The notes beneath the pieces were generated by a model, which saw nothing but the letters and a program-made list of their open reading frames with translations, ran no database searches and was not told the DNA's origin. 64,000 nucleotides of DNA. Origin: Kiritimatiellia bacterium. GTDB taxonomy: Bacteria; Verrucomicrobiota; Kiritimatiellia; RFP12; UBA1067. The stretch is from positions 256,001-320,000 of the forward strand of contig JBMNFY010000010.1 in the NCBI GenBank assembly GCA_050949565.1, given 5' to 3'. The position numbers and the translations under genes are program-made. Positions 19,791 through 29,105 of the stretch are shown here, piece by piece; the stretch's first letter is position 1, and each line of letters opens with the position of its first letter.

Positions 19791-21901
19791 CCCTCCTCGA
19801 GTAGCTTCTCAATGTCAGCAAGCTTTTTTTCCAAAACCGGCACATAAGAACTATAGGCAGCGCATTCACTCTCCGCTTGGCTACGAATATTAGGTGCTGT
19901 CGCTTTGGAGTAATCAGAACAGTCCACGCCAGCGGAACAGGTGGTTCTCATGTAAGCAGCCGCACCACTGATCGCCCTCGCGACAGACAGTGCCTTTTGG
20001 TAATCACAACAGCACCAATGCTCAACTGTGGCCAACTTCCCTTTCGCCCAAGTAAATGCCTTCTCCATGCACTGGACATGCTTCCATTCATGGCCTCGAT
20101 AGGATGTGCCGACCCCTGGGATGTTTTCATCTGGATCGGTGTCGGGGTCGAAGCGTACTGTCGCTTCACATTTGGAGCCGGAGTATGAAATCCGGAACTT
20201 GTTTTTATCATTTTTTGATTGAGCAAGATGGCAGGTTTCGATTTTTAACCCTTCGAGAAGGGTCATCCCGCCCAAATCGGTCTGTCCGCCGCCTCCCGGT
20301 AGTTTTGATTTAACATAGGAAACCTTACATTTTCCGCATTCTGTCGGCCACTCGGATGCGTCAAACAAGCCCCAAGGATCTTTTTTGTTTATCGAATTGT
20401 TTTTCACAAATCCGTACAGATTCCGACCACCACGCTCCCCAATCGGATCGCGGCTCATCCATCGCCCGAGACCGGGCGCGTATGGCCGGAGCTGGTACAT
20501 CACTAGGCTGGTCTCGGCATCGAACGGCTTGGTGCTGAAGCGATGCGTGAAGGTGTGGGCGAGGTCGCCGGATTGGATGACTATCTCGCCGAAGGGCGAG
20601 TATTCGTAATGGGCGCGGATGTTACCCGCCGCGTCCACATAGTCCGTGACGTTGCCGTTCGCATCATAAGAAGGGTAATAGGTTGTTAGACTGTTAGGCT
20701 GAGCAAGATCAGCGGTAGTAACAGCGAGAAGCCCGCCGACGCCGCCCGCGCCCTGCAGGGTGCCGGACAGGTCGAGACCCCATGTGTAGTAGGTAACGTT
20801 GGTGGAAGGCGCGACCTCGTCTATCACGATCTCCGCCGCGATGTTGTACCCGTCCCACACGTAGCGGCGGGTCTCGATGGCGTCCCATGTGCCCGGCTGC
20901 AAGGGGTTGAACGGATAGTCTGCGCCTCTGCCTGAAAGTCGTTCGGTAATCTTCGCGATCCGAAGGTTGCGGTGATTGTACTGATACTTGAGCCTGACCG
21001 CGCCATTGGTGGCAAAGCCGGCGGGTTGGGAACCGGTCAGCCGGTTTTCCGCGTCCCATGTGTGATACCACTCTCCGAGGTACGTCATGTTGCCGTCAGC
21101 ATCATACGCCACGGCAATGGGAGGCGTGACGGCGGTGTACTGGTTAAGGCGGTTAGCAGTGTAGCTGTTGGTGACGGCGTTGAACGCTGACCAAACGCGG
21201 TTGCCTATGGCATCGTACGCATAACCGTAGCTGTTCGTGCCGATGACCGCACTGATGACTTCAGAACGCGCGTTGTAACCGAAGCTGTCGGCGTTGCGCG
21301 AGACGCGCCGTCCGGCGGCGTCGTTGGCGTAGTCGTAGGCAGAGATCAAGACAGGATTAACATGATTTCCCGCTTTGCGGGCGCATGGGTTTACATGATT
21401 AGAGACGGCGGAGATGAGGTTGCGGCGGGGTTCGTAGGTTTTGGTGACAGCCAGCGGGCCGGCGGTGTAACCGGAAACGAGGTCAGAGCCGGGGAGGCAG
21501 GAGTAGTTAACCACGGAACACACAGAACACACGGAAGAGGATACGCTGTGTAAGCGGCCGAAGGTGTCGTAGCCGTACGATACGGCGTGATCGCCGTCGA
21601 GGGCGAATCCCGTCTGTCGGCCGAATGCGTCGTAAGACCGCGTGATTGCAACGCCGTCCTGAATCTCACCGACAAGGTCAAGCCCGGCGTACTCAAAGAG
21701 ATGCGACGACACCGCCGTGATAGCAGATACCACACGCCCGAGACGGTCATAGGCGAAGAAGACGTCGGGCGTAGTGTCACTATAGTTGATGCTTATCAAC
21801 TGACCGAGCGCGTCGTAGGCATAACTGGTCGTTATGCCGCGCGACCAGACACGCGAGGCGAGAAAGCCGTTTCGTGCGCGTTTAATTGTGCCAACCGTCA
21901 T
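19781..21901 (-). CDS. Orphan Rhs core + CT cassette 5 (HEXXH metallopeptidase-like CT)
   Basis: YD repeats, GAGGVGGLLA, NNSINKKDPWG junction, CT contains HEWKH; ATG 21901 with AAGGGAG RBS. Confidence 0.88.
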   Translation of the reverse strand: MTVGTIKRARNGFLASRVWSRGITTSYAYDALGQLISINYSDTTPDVFFAYDRLGRVVSAITAVSSHLFEYAGLDLVGEIQDGVAITRSYDAFGRQTGFALDGDHAVSYGYDTFGRLHSVSSSVCSVCSVVNYSCLPGSDLVSGYTAGPLAVTKTYEPRRNLISAVSNHVNPCARKAGNHVNPVLISAYDYANDAAGRRVSRNADSFGYNARSEVISAVIGTNSYGYAYDAIGNRVWSAFNAVTNSYTANRLNQYTAVTPPIAVAYDADGNMTYLGEWYHTWDAENRLTGSQPAGFATNGAVRLKYQYNHRNLRIAKITERLSGRGADYPFNPLQPGTWDAIETRRYVWDGYNIAAEIVIDEVAPSTNVTYYTWGLDLSGTLQGAGGVGGLLAVTTADLAQPNSLTTYYPSYDANGNVTDYVDAAGNIRAHYEYSPFGEIVIQSGDLAHTFTHRFSTKPFDAETSLVMYQLRPYAPGLGRWMSRDPIGERGGRNLYGFVKNNSINKKDPWGLFDASEWPTECGKCKVSYVKSKLPGGGGQTDLGGMTLLEGLKIETCHLAQSKNDKNKFRISYSGSKCEATVRFDPDTDPDENIPGVGTSYRGHEWKHVQCMEKAFTWAKGKLATVEHWCCCDYQKALSVARAISGAAAYMRTTCSAGVDCSDYSKATAPNIRSQAESECAAYSSYVPVLEKKLADIEKLLEEGCK

Positions 21902-21921
21902 ATGGTACGCTCCCTTCTTCG

Positions 21922-22398
21922 TCAATCCTTCTGTTGTTCCAAGAGGATCATCGCGGTCTTCGCATCACAGTTTCTTAAACCCATAACCATCTCGCAAGGA
22001 GTTTGGGCAGCAGATGCGTAAACACTCTCTGGGTTACCCACAACCTTATCATCAATAAAAACAATATACATAAGCCCGTTATCAATCAAATCCATCCATT
22101 TTTTATTGTCGCTGTCACCCGACTCACCACCAAAAGCCCAAGCCCATACATGTTGGCTGTCCGTATTCTGTGGCAACCCAACAATGCGTTCAACCTGTGC
22201 CTTGCTCATCCCTTTTTTTATACGTGACAAAACAAAATTGTGATGCCGCTCTATTTCACTTGCCCGCTCACTGGCGGGCGTCAGGCGGATTCTTTTTATA
22301 GTATTGATTTCCCAACGTCGATATACGACCAATCCTCCGATACCAAGCAAGAAAAGCGTTGTGGCGACCTTGACTAATAAACGGTTGAACTTAATCAT
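21922..22398 (-). CDS. Putative immunity protein, membrane-anchored SmpA/OmlA(BamE)-like domain
   Basis: N-terminal TM helix; RIKKGMSKAQVERIVGLP..W.W..YIVFIDDKV pattern; low GC; GAGG RBS. Confidence 0.75.
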   Translation of the reverse strand: MIKFNRLLVKVATTLFLLGIGGLVVYRRWEINTIKRIRLTPASERASEIERHHNFVLSRIKKGMSKAQVERIVGLPQNTDSQHVWAWAFGGESGDSDNKKWMDLIDNGLMYIVFIDDKVVGNPESVYASAAQTPCEMVMGLRNCDAKTAMILLEQQKD

Positions 22399-22406
22399 AG
22401 TGCCTC

Positions 22407-25001
22407 CTATTCTGCGGAAAAATAAATGCGTTTAGCAGGACTGCTCGGGCCATCAGGAACAGTGTGGATCACCAGTCTAAACGGCTGAAGGCCACTCTTG
22501 TCAGGCCGCGCAGTTACGCTAATGTACAAGTCTGTTCCAAGGTAGACGCCAACATGCCCAGGGAAGGAAATGATGTCGCCAAAAACTGGGGTACGCATGC
22601 CTTCAACTCCAGTCAAAGGTTGCTCCCAAGTTATCGTCGTTTTGTCCCCTCCGCCATCTTTCTTTTGAATGATCCATACGACCCTGAAGCTCCCCATGTT
22701 TCGTGAATTGAACCACTCGCTGGCAGAAGGGTAGCGATAGCCGAATTTCCACCACGCATCATCACGAGGCACGATATTACTTTCGAATCCAGCATACTGT
22801 ATTACGGCCACGTATTTGCTGCAGGTTGCTCTGCTCTCGGTCGGTGCATAGTACCTTGCTAATGCCGGATCTGCCCAAATTCTAAGAGCGTGGAGCCCAA
22901 CCCTCAAGTTCGCTGGATCTTGAGGCCCTTTTACAGCATCAATCCGAGCTGTCATGTCTGCAATGACAGCTCGTACTGCCCTGGCAAAGTCTGGACTGCC
23001 TTTCTCCGATTTTTTTGCTAGCGACTCTAGCCTTGTCAGTATCGTCGTGTCTGAAGAAGTTTGGGGACGTAGCCCATTGACATCAAACACATCAACAGGA
23101 CTATTTCTGGCGAAACAGTATAAGTTGTTTCCCCCACGCTCTTCAATCGGATCTCGATTCAACCAGCGCATGAGTTTGGGGCTGTAAAAACGGTAGCCGT
23201 AGTAATAGAATCCGGTTTCGTGGTGGAGGTACTTGGTGCTGAACCAGAAGTTGAAAACTCCGGCCATCGGCCCGGATGCGGCGCGGGTTTCGCCGAAGGG
23301 GCCGTACTCGCGGTGCGCGACGGTTGCGCCAGACTCGTTAATATAGTCTGTGACATTGCCGTTGTTGTCATAGATTGGGAAGTACCACGCATCGTTGATG
23401 CGGGTGGCGAGCAGACCGCCCACGCCGCCCGCACCGCCGCGCGTTCCTGAGAGGTCCTTGCCCCAGACGTGCTCGCGAGTTTCAGTCACGCCGCCGGTGC
23501 GACTTATTTTTTCCAGCACGGGCAGCCAGCCGTCGTAGATGAAGGTGCGGGTTTCCACGGTGTCCCATGTGCCCGGCTGCGAGGGATCCATGGGATAGCC
23601 CGCGCCGCGTCCGCTCAGCACTTCCACGTGCGTCTCCACGAGACGGCTCTTATGGTCGTAGCGGTTGAAGGTTCTGCGTGCGCCGTTGGTGGCGCCGCCC
23701 CAGCCGGGCCCGGAGCGCACCAGCCGGTTCTCCGCGTCCCACGCATGGACGAAACGTCCGTCCCACGTCATGTTGCCATCAGCGTCGTGGACTGGATTAA
23801 CCACAGAGGGCACAGAGGACACGGAGATTTGGGTATACTGGTTAAGGGCATTGGCGGTATAGGTGTTGGTGACCGCATTGCACGACACCCAGATATTGTT
23901 TCCAATACCATCATACGAATAGTTGAAACAGTCGGCACCGATCACCGCGCCGGTGACTTCGGAACGGGCGTTGTAGCCGAAGGTGTTCGCGTTGCGGTTG
24001 GTCACATTGCCGAGAATATTGTAACCGTACCCTATCGCCGAATGTGACGAAACGCCGACCGTGTTTGATACGGCTGTGATAAGGTGCCTGCGGTACATGT
24101 CGCGGGTGACGGCGCGGGTGACGCTAAGCCCGTTTGCAAGAGTGACGGCATAGCCCGCGTCCCAGCCGTCGGCGGTAAGCGCGTAAGCCACAGTGAAGGC
24201 ATCGTTCGAGGTCACGGCAAGACGGTTCTCTGCGTCATAGCCATAATAAACTGGAGTGTTGCCGACATGCAACGCGGATAGGCGGCGGCGTTCGCCCAAT
24301 TCGCGGGTCAACGCGCAGGTGTTTGTGTCAACGATGACTAGCTCGTTGGTGGCGATGCCGGAGAGGCTGTTTACGTATTCGTACCGTGCGACGGCGTTTG
24401 ACGAGGCCGCAACGCGGCCAAAAACGTCGTAGGCGTGATAAACGTCCGGCGTGGCGTCACTGTAGGTGACGCTTGCCAGTTGCCCCAGCGCATCATAGGC
24501 GTTCTCTTTCCATGCTCCGCGAGCCCATGTCGTGCGGAGCGGTTTGCCGTTTTGCGTGTGCGTGTAGGCAACGTGCGAGCCGTCAGCGTAGACTTTGTTC
24601 GTGAGCAGTCCCGTGGCATGATCGTACTCCCAACGTGTCTCGTCGCCGTCATCGTTCTCGTCGCGGAAGGTGCGCATGGATATGCGGCGTCCGGCGGTGT
24701 CGTAAGTGTAGGCGACTGGGTAGGTCGCGCCCCATTGCGCGGTGACGTTCCCCGCGCGGTCGTACGCGGTGAAGATCGCATTGCCGAGCGCGTCGGTCTG
24801 GGACACGACGCGGCCCTGGCTGTCATAGCCGGTCGCGGTGACAGCCGTCAGGCTCCCGTATGTGGTTTCATTGGTCACGGCGTTACCAAGGGTATCGTAA
24901 ACGACGGCGGTTGTCGAGACCGTCCCGGCGGCGGCGTTCGTGACGGTGCGGTTGGTGACGCTGGGAGAGGGCTGGAACTTGTTGTCACTTTCTGGTTTCA
25001 T
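22407..25001 (-). CDS. Orphan Rhs core + CT cassette 4 (NlpC/P60-like amidase CT)
   Basis: YD repeats; NSPVDVFDVNG junction; CT has TCSKYVA..YAG and GDIISFPGHVGVY. Plausible ATG at 25001 with GAGAGG; the ORF extends to 25163. Confidence 0.88.
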   Translation of the reverse strand: MKPESDNKFQPSPSVTNRTVTNAAAGTVSTTAVVYDTLGNAVTNETTYGSLTAVTATGYDSQGRVVSQTDALGNAIFTAYDRAGNVTAQWGATYPVAYTYDTAGRRISMRTFRDENDDGDETRWEYDHATGLLTNKVYADGSHVAYTHTQNGKPLRTTWARGAWKENAYDALGQLASVTYSDATPDVYHAYDVFGRVAASSNAVARYEYVNSLSGIATNELVIVDTNTCALTRELGERRRLSALHVGNTPVYYGYDAENRLAVTSNDAFTVAYALTADGWDAGYAVTLANGLSVTRAVTRDMYRRHLITAVSNTVGVSSHSAIGYGYNILGNVTNRNANTFGYNARSEVTGAVIGADCFNYSYDGIGNNIWVSCNAVTNTYTANALNQYTQISVSSVPSVVNPVHDADGNMTWDGRFVHAWDAENRLVRSGPGWGGATNGARRTFNRYDHKSRLVETHVEVLSGRGAGYPMDPSQPGTWDTVETRTFIYDGWLPVLEKISRTGGVTETREHVWGKDLSGTRGGAGGVGGLLATRINDAWYFPIYDNNGNVTDYINESGATVAHREYGPFGETRAASGPMAGVFNFWFSTKYLHHETGFYYYGYRFYSPKLMRWLNRDPIEERGGNNLYCFARNSPVDVFDVNGLRPQTSSDTTILTRLESLAKKSEKGSPDFARAVRAVIADMTARIDAVKGPQDPANLRVGLHALRIWADPALARYYAPTESRATCSKYVAVIQYAGFESNIVPRDDAWWKFGYRYPSASEWFNSRNMGSFRVVWIIQKKDGGGDKTTITWEQPLTGVEGMRTPVFGDIISFPGHVGVYLGTDLYISVTARPDKSGLQPFRLVIHTVPDGPSSPAKRIYFSAE
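24143..24617. repeat. ~475-bp direct repeat between Rhs cores (copy at ~26956-27430)
   Basis: Near-identical sequence encoding ..SNAVARYEYVNSLSGIATNEL.. Confidence 0.85.
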
Positions 25002-25218
25002 CCATCCTCTCCGCTCCCGCTTCATCGGCCCAGTTTGTACATGTGTTCCCATTCGTTCCGTTAGTCGGTGTTTTAAGTTGCGACACAACTTGTTTGGCAC
25101 GAATTGTTGCCCGTCGATTAGATTGGTGTTGATAAAACAGATACATAACTTGTACGAACACAAAATACACTATGAAAACAATGACTATGCACAAAACAAT
25201 CTTGCCGAACAGCTTCAT
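24985..25218 (-). CDS. Short putative immunity protein with N-terminal TM helix, possibly truncated
   Basis: MKLFGKIVLCIVIVFIVYFVF.., 77 aa, starts just after the toxin stop, low GC. Confidence 0.6.
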   Translation of the reverse strand: MKLFGKIVLCIVIVFIVYFVFVQVMYLFYQHQSNRRATIRAKQVVSQLKTPTNGTNGNTCTNWADEAGAERMDETRK

Positions 25219-25225
25219 CACGCCC

Positions 25226-28099
25226 TCACTTTCCCATGTTTTCAGTGTTTGGATCACTCCACCACCAGGCCAGTCCATAATAGCCCAAATACACTGCGCC
25301 GGAATCTACCGCAATGTGATCTTTCCATGCTCCCAAACTGCTGTAGTCACCTGTGCCTCTGTTGTCCGAATAACAGGCGTAAAACATTCCCAGGCCTAGT
25401 TTGTGTGGGGGAGAAACTTCACTAGGGAAGACAACACCATCAAAGCTACGGTTAATTTCGAAGCCGAGCGGATATGTACCATGACCCGCATATATAAAAC
25501 CATAAATTCCAGAAGTTTCCCAAAGCGCTTTAAATTCGGAAACACTGTCGCTGTGTTTCGAGAAAATCACTTTGTATCCGCTGTTCGCATAACTAACGGA
25601 CAGTGACTCCGCTGTTCGACGATAGCTTGAAACTACCGACACGGGGAGATCGTGCCACGATGGTTTTGATGTAAATACGACTATCACGTTAGGCACAGCA
25701 ACCTCACACGGGGTTTTGCCGTCATCGGTCTTCCCATCACTATGTATTCTTGCCCATTTATGGATTTCGTTCAAATCGAGCTTTAATAGTGTGGCCAAAC
25801 CCTCCAAGGTATCACCGCTTTGCCGTATATAAACTCTACGTCTGCCCCCATCAATCGTATCTCCTTTCTTCCAAAGCCCCAAATAATCCCATCTGTTCAT
25901 TGGGTCATTCCCGACAAAACCATACTCATTCAACCCGCCGCGATCCCCGATGGGATCACGATTAAGCCAGCGCATGAGTTTCGGGCTGTAGAAGCGGTAG
26001 CCGTAGTAATAGAGTCCGGTCTCGTGGTGGAGGTACTTGGTGGAGAACCAGAAGCTGAATGCATCGGCCATCGGCCCGGACGCGGCAAGGGTCTCACCGA
26101 AGGGGCCGTACTCGCGGTGCGCGACAGTCGCGCCTTGCGCGTCGATGTAATCCGTGACATTACCGTTGTTATCATAGAGCGGGAAGTACCACGTATCGTT
26201 GATGCGGGTGGCGAGCAGTCCGCCCACGCCGCCCGCGCCGCCGCGCGTTCCTGACAGGTCTTTGCCCCAGACGTGTTCGCGGGTTTCAATCACGCCGCCG
26301 GTGCGAGTGATTTTTTCCAGCACGGGCAGCCAGCCGTCGTAAATGAAGGTGCGGGTTTCCACGGTGTCCCATGTGCCGCCCTGAGACGGATCGAACGGGT
26401 AACCCGCGCCACGTCCGCTCAGCATCTCCACGCGCGTCTCCACGAGCCGACTCATGTGGTCGTAGCGGTTGACAACCCTGCGCGCGCCGTTGGTGGAGCC
26501 GTCCCATCCCGGCTCGGAGCGCGTCAGCCGGTTCTCCGCATCCCACGCGTGCCACATCTTTCCGTCCCACGTCATGTTGCCGTCGGCGTCGTAGGAAGGA
26601 GAAAGGCTGTAAGGCTGAAGGCCGTAAGACTGTAAGACAATATTGGAATACTGGTTAAGGGCGTTAGCCGTGTAGGTGTTGGTGACGGCGTTGACCGATA
26701 TCCAACAGTTGTTGCCGATGGAGTCATAGGCGTACCGGCTGGCGGTTGATCCTATGTCCGCTGACGTGACTTCGGAACGGGCGTTGTAGCCGAAGGTGTC
26801 CGCGTTGCGGTTGGTGATGCGCCCCAGAAGGTCATGCCCGAATGACAGCGCATTCGCCATCGTGCCATTGACCGCGTTTGTGATTGTCCCGATCAAGTGT
26901 CTGCGGTGTGGATCGCGGGTGACGGCGCGGGTGATGGTGAGCCCGTTTGTGAGGATGACGGCATAGCCCGCGTCCCAACCGTCGGCGGTAAGCGCGTAAG
27001 CCACAGTGAAGGCATCGTTCGAGGTCACGGCAAGACGGTTCTCTGCGTCATAGCCATAATAAACTGGAGTGTTGCCGACATGCAACGCGGATAGGCGGCG
27101 GCGTTCGCCCAATTCGCGGGTCAACGCGCAGGTGTTTGTGTCAACGATGACTAGCTCGTTGGTGGCGATGCCGGAGAGGCTGTTTACGTATTCGTACCGT
27201 GCGACGGCGTTTGACGAGGCCGCAACGCGGCCAAAAACGTCGTAGGCGTGATAAACGTCCGGCGTGGCGTCACTGTAGGTGACGCTTGCCAGTTGCCCCA
27301 GCGCATCATAGGCGTTCTCTTTCCATGCTCCGCGAGCCCATGTCGTGCGGAGCGGTTTGCCGTTTTGCGTGTGCGTGTAGGCAACGTGCGAGCCGTCAGC
27401 GTAGACTTTGTTCGTGAGCAGTCCCGTGGCGGCGTCGTAACGCCACTGCGTTACGTCACCGTCATCGTTCTCGTCTCGGAAGGTGCGCATGGATGTGCGG
27501 CGACCGGCGGTGTCGTATTCGTAGGCGACCGGATAGGTCGCGCCGGACTGGCCGAGAACCTGACCGAGGCGGTTATACTGCGTGAACACGGCATTGCCGA
27601 GCGCGTCGGTCTGGGACACGGCGCGGCCTTGGCTGTCGTAGCCGGTCGTGGTGACAGCCGTCAGGGTCCCGTATGTGGTTTCGTTGGTCACGGCACTGCC
27701 AAGGGTATCGTAAACGACGGCGGTTGTCGAGACCGTCCCGGCGGCGTTCGTGACGGTGCGGGAGACGGCGCGGCCGAAGCCGTCGTAGGCGAGGAGCGTT
27801 GCCGCGTCCGGCCCGGCGCTCTCCAGCTCGCGCCCGTACAGCGTGCGGCGGACACGCGGCGCGGTGCTTCCTGCCTGCGAGGTCTCGGCGATGATGTCGG
27901 TGCCCGGCTCGAAGGCGCGGGTGACGGTCGTCGTTGTGCCGTCGGGCGAGACCGTGACGGTGCGGCTGAGCAGCGCGGGCGAGAACCCGGTGAGCTGCTC
28001 GCGGGTGACGGATACCGCGCCCTGACCGGACAGGAGGAAACGAGCGAGGGAACGTCCTGCCCATATCAGTATCCCGTTATTTTGTCCGTTATCCTTCAT
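25226..28099 (-). CDS. Orphan Rhs core + CT cassette 3 (LysM-like + caspase-fold-like CT)
   Basis: YD repeats; NDPMNRWDYLG; CT VYIRQSGDTLEGLA (LysM-like) then IYAGHG..FYACYS. Confidence 0.88.
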   Translation of the reverse strand: MKDNGQNNGILIWAGRSLARFLLSGQGAVSVTREQLTGFSPALLSRTVTVSPDGTTTTVTRAFEPGTDIIAETSQAGSTAPRVRRTLYGRELESAGPDAATLLAYDGFGRAVSRTVTNAAGTVSTTAVVYDTLGSAVTNETTYGTLTAVTTTGYDSQGRAVSQTDALGNAVFTQYNRLGQVLGQSGATYPVAYEYDTAGRRTSMRTFRDENDDGDVTQWRYDAATGLLTNKVYADGSHVAYTHTQNGKPLRTTWARGAWKENAYDALGQLASVTYSDATPDVYHAYDVFGRVAASSNAVARYEYVNSLSGIATNELVIVDTNTCALTRELGERRRLSALHVGNTPVYYGYDAENRLAVTSNDAFTVAYALTADGWDAGYAVILTNGLTITRAVTRDPHRRHLIGTITNAVNGTMANALSFGHDLLGRITNRNADTFGYNARSEVTSADIGSTASRYAYDSIGNNCWISVNAVTNTYTANALNQYSNIVLQSYGLQPYSLSPSYDADGNMTWDGKMWHAWDAENRLTRSEPGWDGSTNGARRVVNRYDHMSRLVETRVEMLSGRGAGYPFDPSQGGTWDTVETRTFIYDGWLPVLEKITRTGGVIETREHVWGKDLSGTRGGAGGVGGLLATRINDTWYFPLYDNNGNVTDYIDAQGATVAHREYGPFGETLAASGPMADAFSFWFSTKYLHHETGLYYYGYRFYSPKLMRWLNRDPIGDRGGLNEYGFVGNDPMNRWDYLGLWKKGDTIDGGRRRVYIRQSGDTLEGLATLLKLDLNEIHKWARIHSDGKTDDGKTPCEVAVPNVIVVFTSKPSWHDLPVSVVSSYRRTAESLSVSYANSGYKVIFSKHSDSVSEFKALWETSGIYGFIYAGHGTYPLGFEINRSFDGVVFPSEVSPPHKLGLGMFYACYSDNRGTGDYSSLGAWKDHIAVDSGAVYLGYYGLAWWWSDPNTENMGK

Positions 28100-28114
28100 T
28101 TCATTTCCCGGTTT

Positions 28115-28552
28115 TTAATAAAAAATGATCCCGTTGGATAACCTGACTTTGTAGCCAGCCTGTGAAGCTATTCGAGTTAAAACCTCTTCAACGGATGCAC
28201 TGGTCATTTGTATTGAAACTGAATTTCCAACACCGTGTGTTTCCACTTTTGATAAGTCGAATGGATCGGAAATGACGGACTTTGTTTCGTGTGACTGCAC
28301 GGTGTAGCTCACGCCGTCAGGATAACCAAGCTCCCCCACAATGTGCTTATTCAGAAGATCCATTGCCCCCGTCAAATCTGGCGACTGGATTTCTATGTTT
28401 TTTAGAGTTGTGGTTCGCAAAAATGACAATAAAGTCTTGTCTTTCGTGGACAAACCCCTTTCAGGAATGTAAGGCGTTTCTTTACAAACCGAACATCCTA
28501 GCGATAGCATAACAACACAGGCGCATAAAAAAAAGAGTTTCGTCATAAACAC
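28115..28552 (-). CDS. Putative immunity lipoprotein, STN/secretin-N-like
   Basis: Lipobox LSLGC; SIQMTSASVEEVLTRIASQAGYKVRLSNGII. Confidence 0.7.
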   Translation of the reverse strand: MFMTKLFFLCACVVMLSLGCSVCKETPYIPERGLSTKDKTLLSFLRTTTLKNIEIQSPDLTGAMDLLNKHIVGELGYPDGVSYTVQSHETKSVISDPFDLSKVETHGVGNSVSIQMTSASVEEVLTRIASQAGYKVRLSNGIIFY

Positions 28553-28589
28553 CTCTCATCAAATAGTAGGCAAATTTTTTTCGACAAGC

Positions 28590-29078
28590 CTATGGGAACG
28601 GCACATCGGCAGGTGTTATCCACACCCAATGTTCATACACATAGAATTTCATACTTGTTGCATTACACACCAATTCTAAGGCATCCCACATGCAAATGGA
28701 GTGTGCAACCACAGGCGGAATCACAGGGACTGTGTTGGTTTCTCCATTGGCTGTCTTCTCGGGAAGTTTCAATATGAAACTCAAGCCTCGTTGTTCCAAC
28801 GGGATTTTGGGGCTGTCAAAATCTCGGCTGGCCTGTTTGAAAAAATCTACCGCATCAACGATTGTTGCCGGTGGACGGAACGTCAATTCAGGGATGACAA
28901 TTTCGTGTAATTTTCTAACAATTTCCTGCTCCGAACAGACGCACCGGTTCTTTTCTGTCAATGTCGGAGTACGTTCTTTAATCGAACATCCCGCACACCA
29001 AGCAACTATCAAGAAAAATAGTCGTGCGAATAGAACAAAACTTTTTCCGTTCATTTCGCTCTTTAGAATGATTCTCAT
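28590..29078 (-). CDS. Putative immunity lipoprotein, secretin N-domain-like
   Basis: Lipobox CAGC; KLHEIVIPELTFR..IVDAVDFFKQASRDFD..GLSFILK..DALELVCNATSMKFYV. Confidence 0.72.
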   Translation of the reverse strand: MRIILKSEMNGKSFVLFARLFFLIVAWCAGCSIKERTPTLTEKNRCVCSEQEIVRKLHEIVIPELTFRPPATIVDAVDFFKQASRDFDSPKIPLEQRGLSFILKLPEKTANGETNTVPVIPPVVAHSICMWDALELVCNATSMKFYVYEHWVWITPADVPFP

Positions 29079-29105
29079 GTTTGTCCTCCGAAAAAGAAAA
29101 CACCA

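Noticed and set aside
25002-25163. N-terminal extension of ORF 22407..25163
   Set aside because: Overlaps the TM-protein gene 24985..25218 in another frame; Rhs similarity starts only near 24950.
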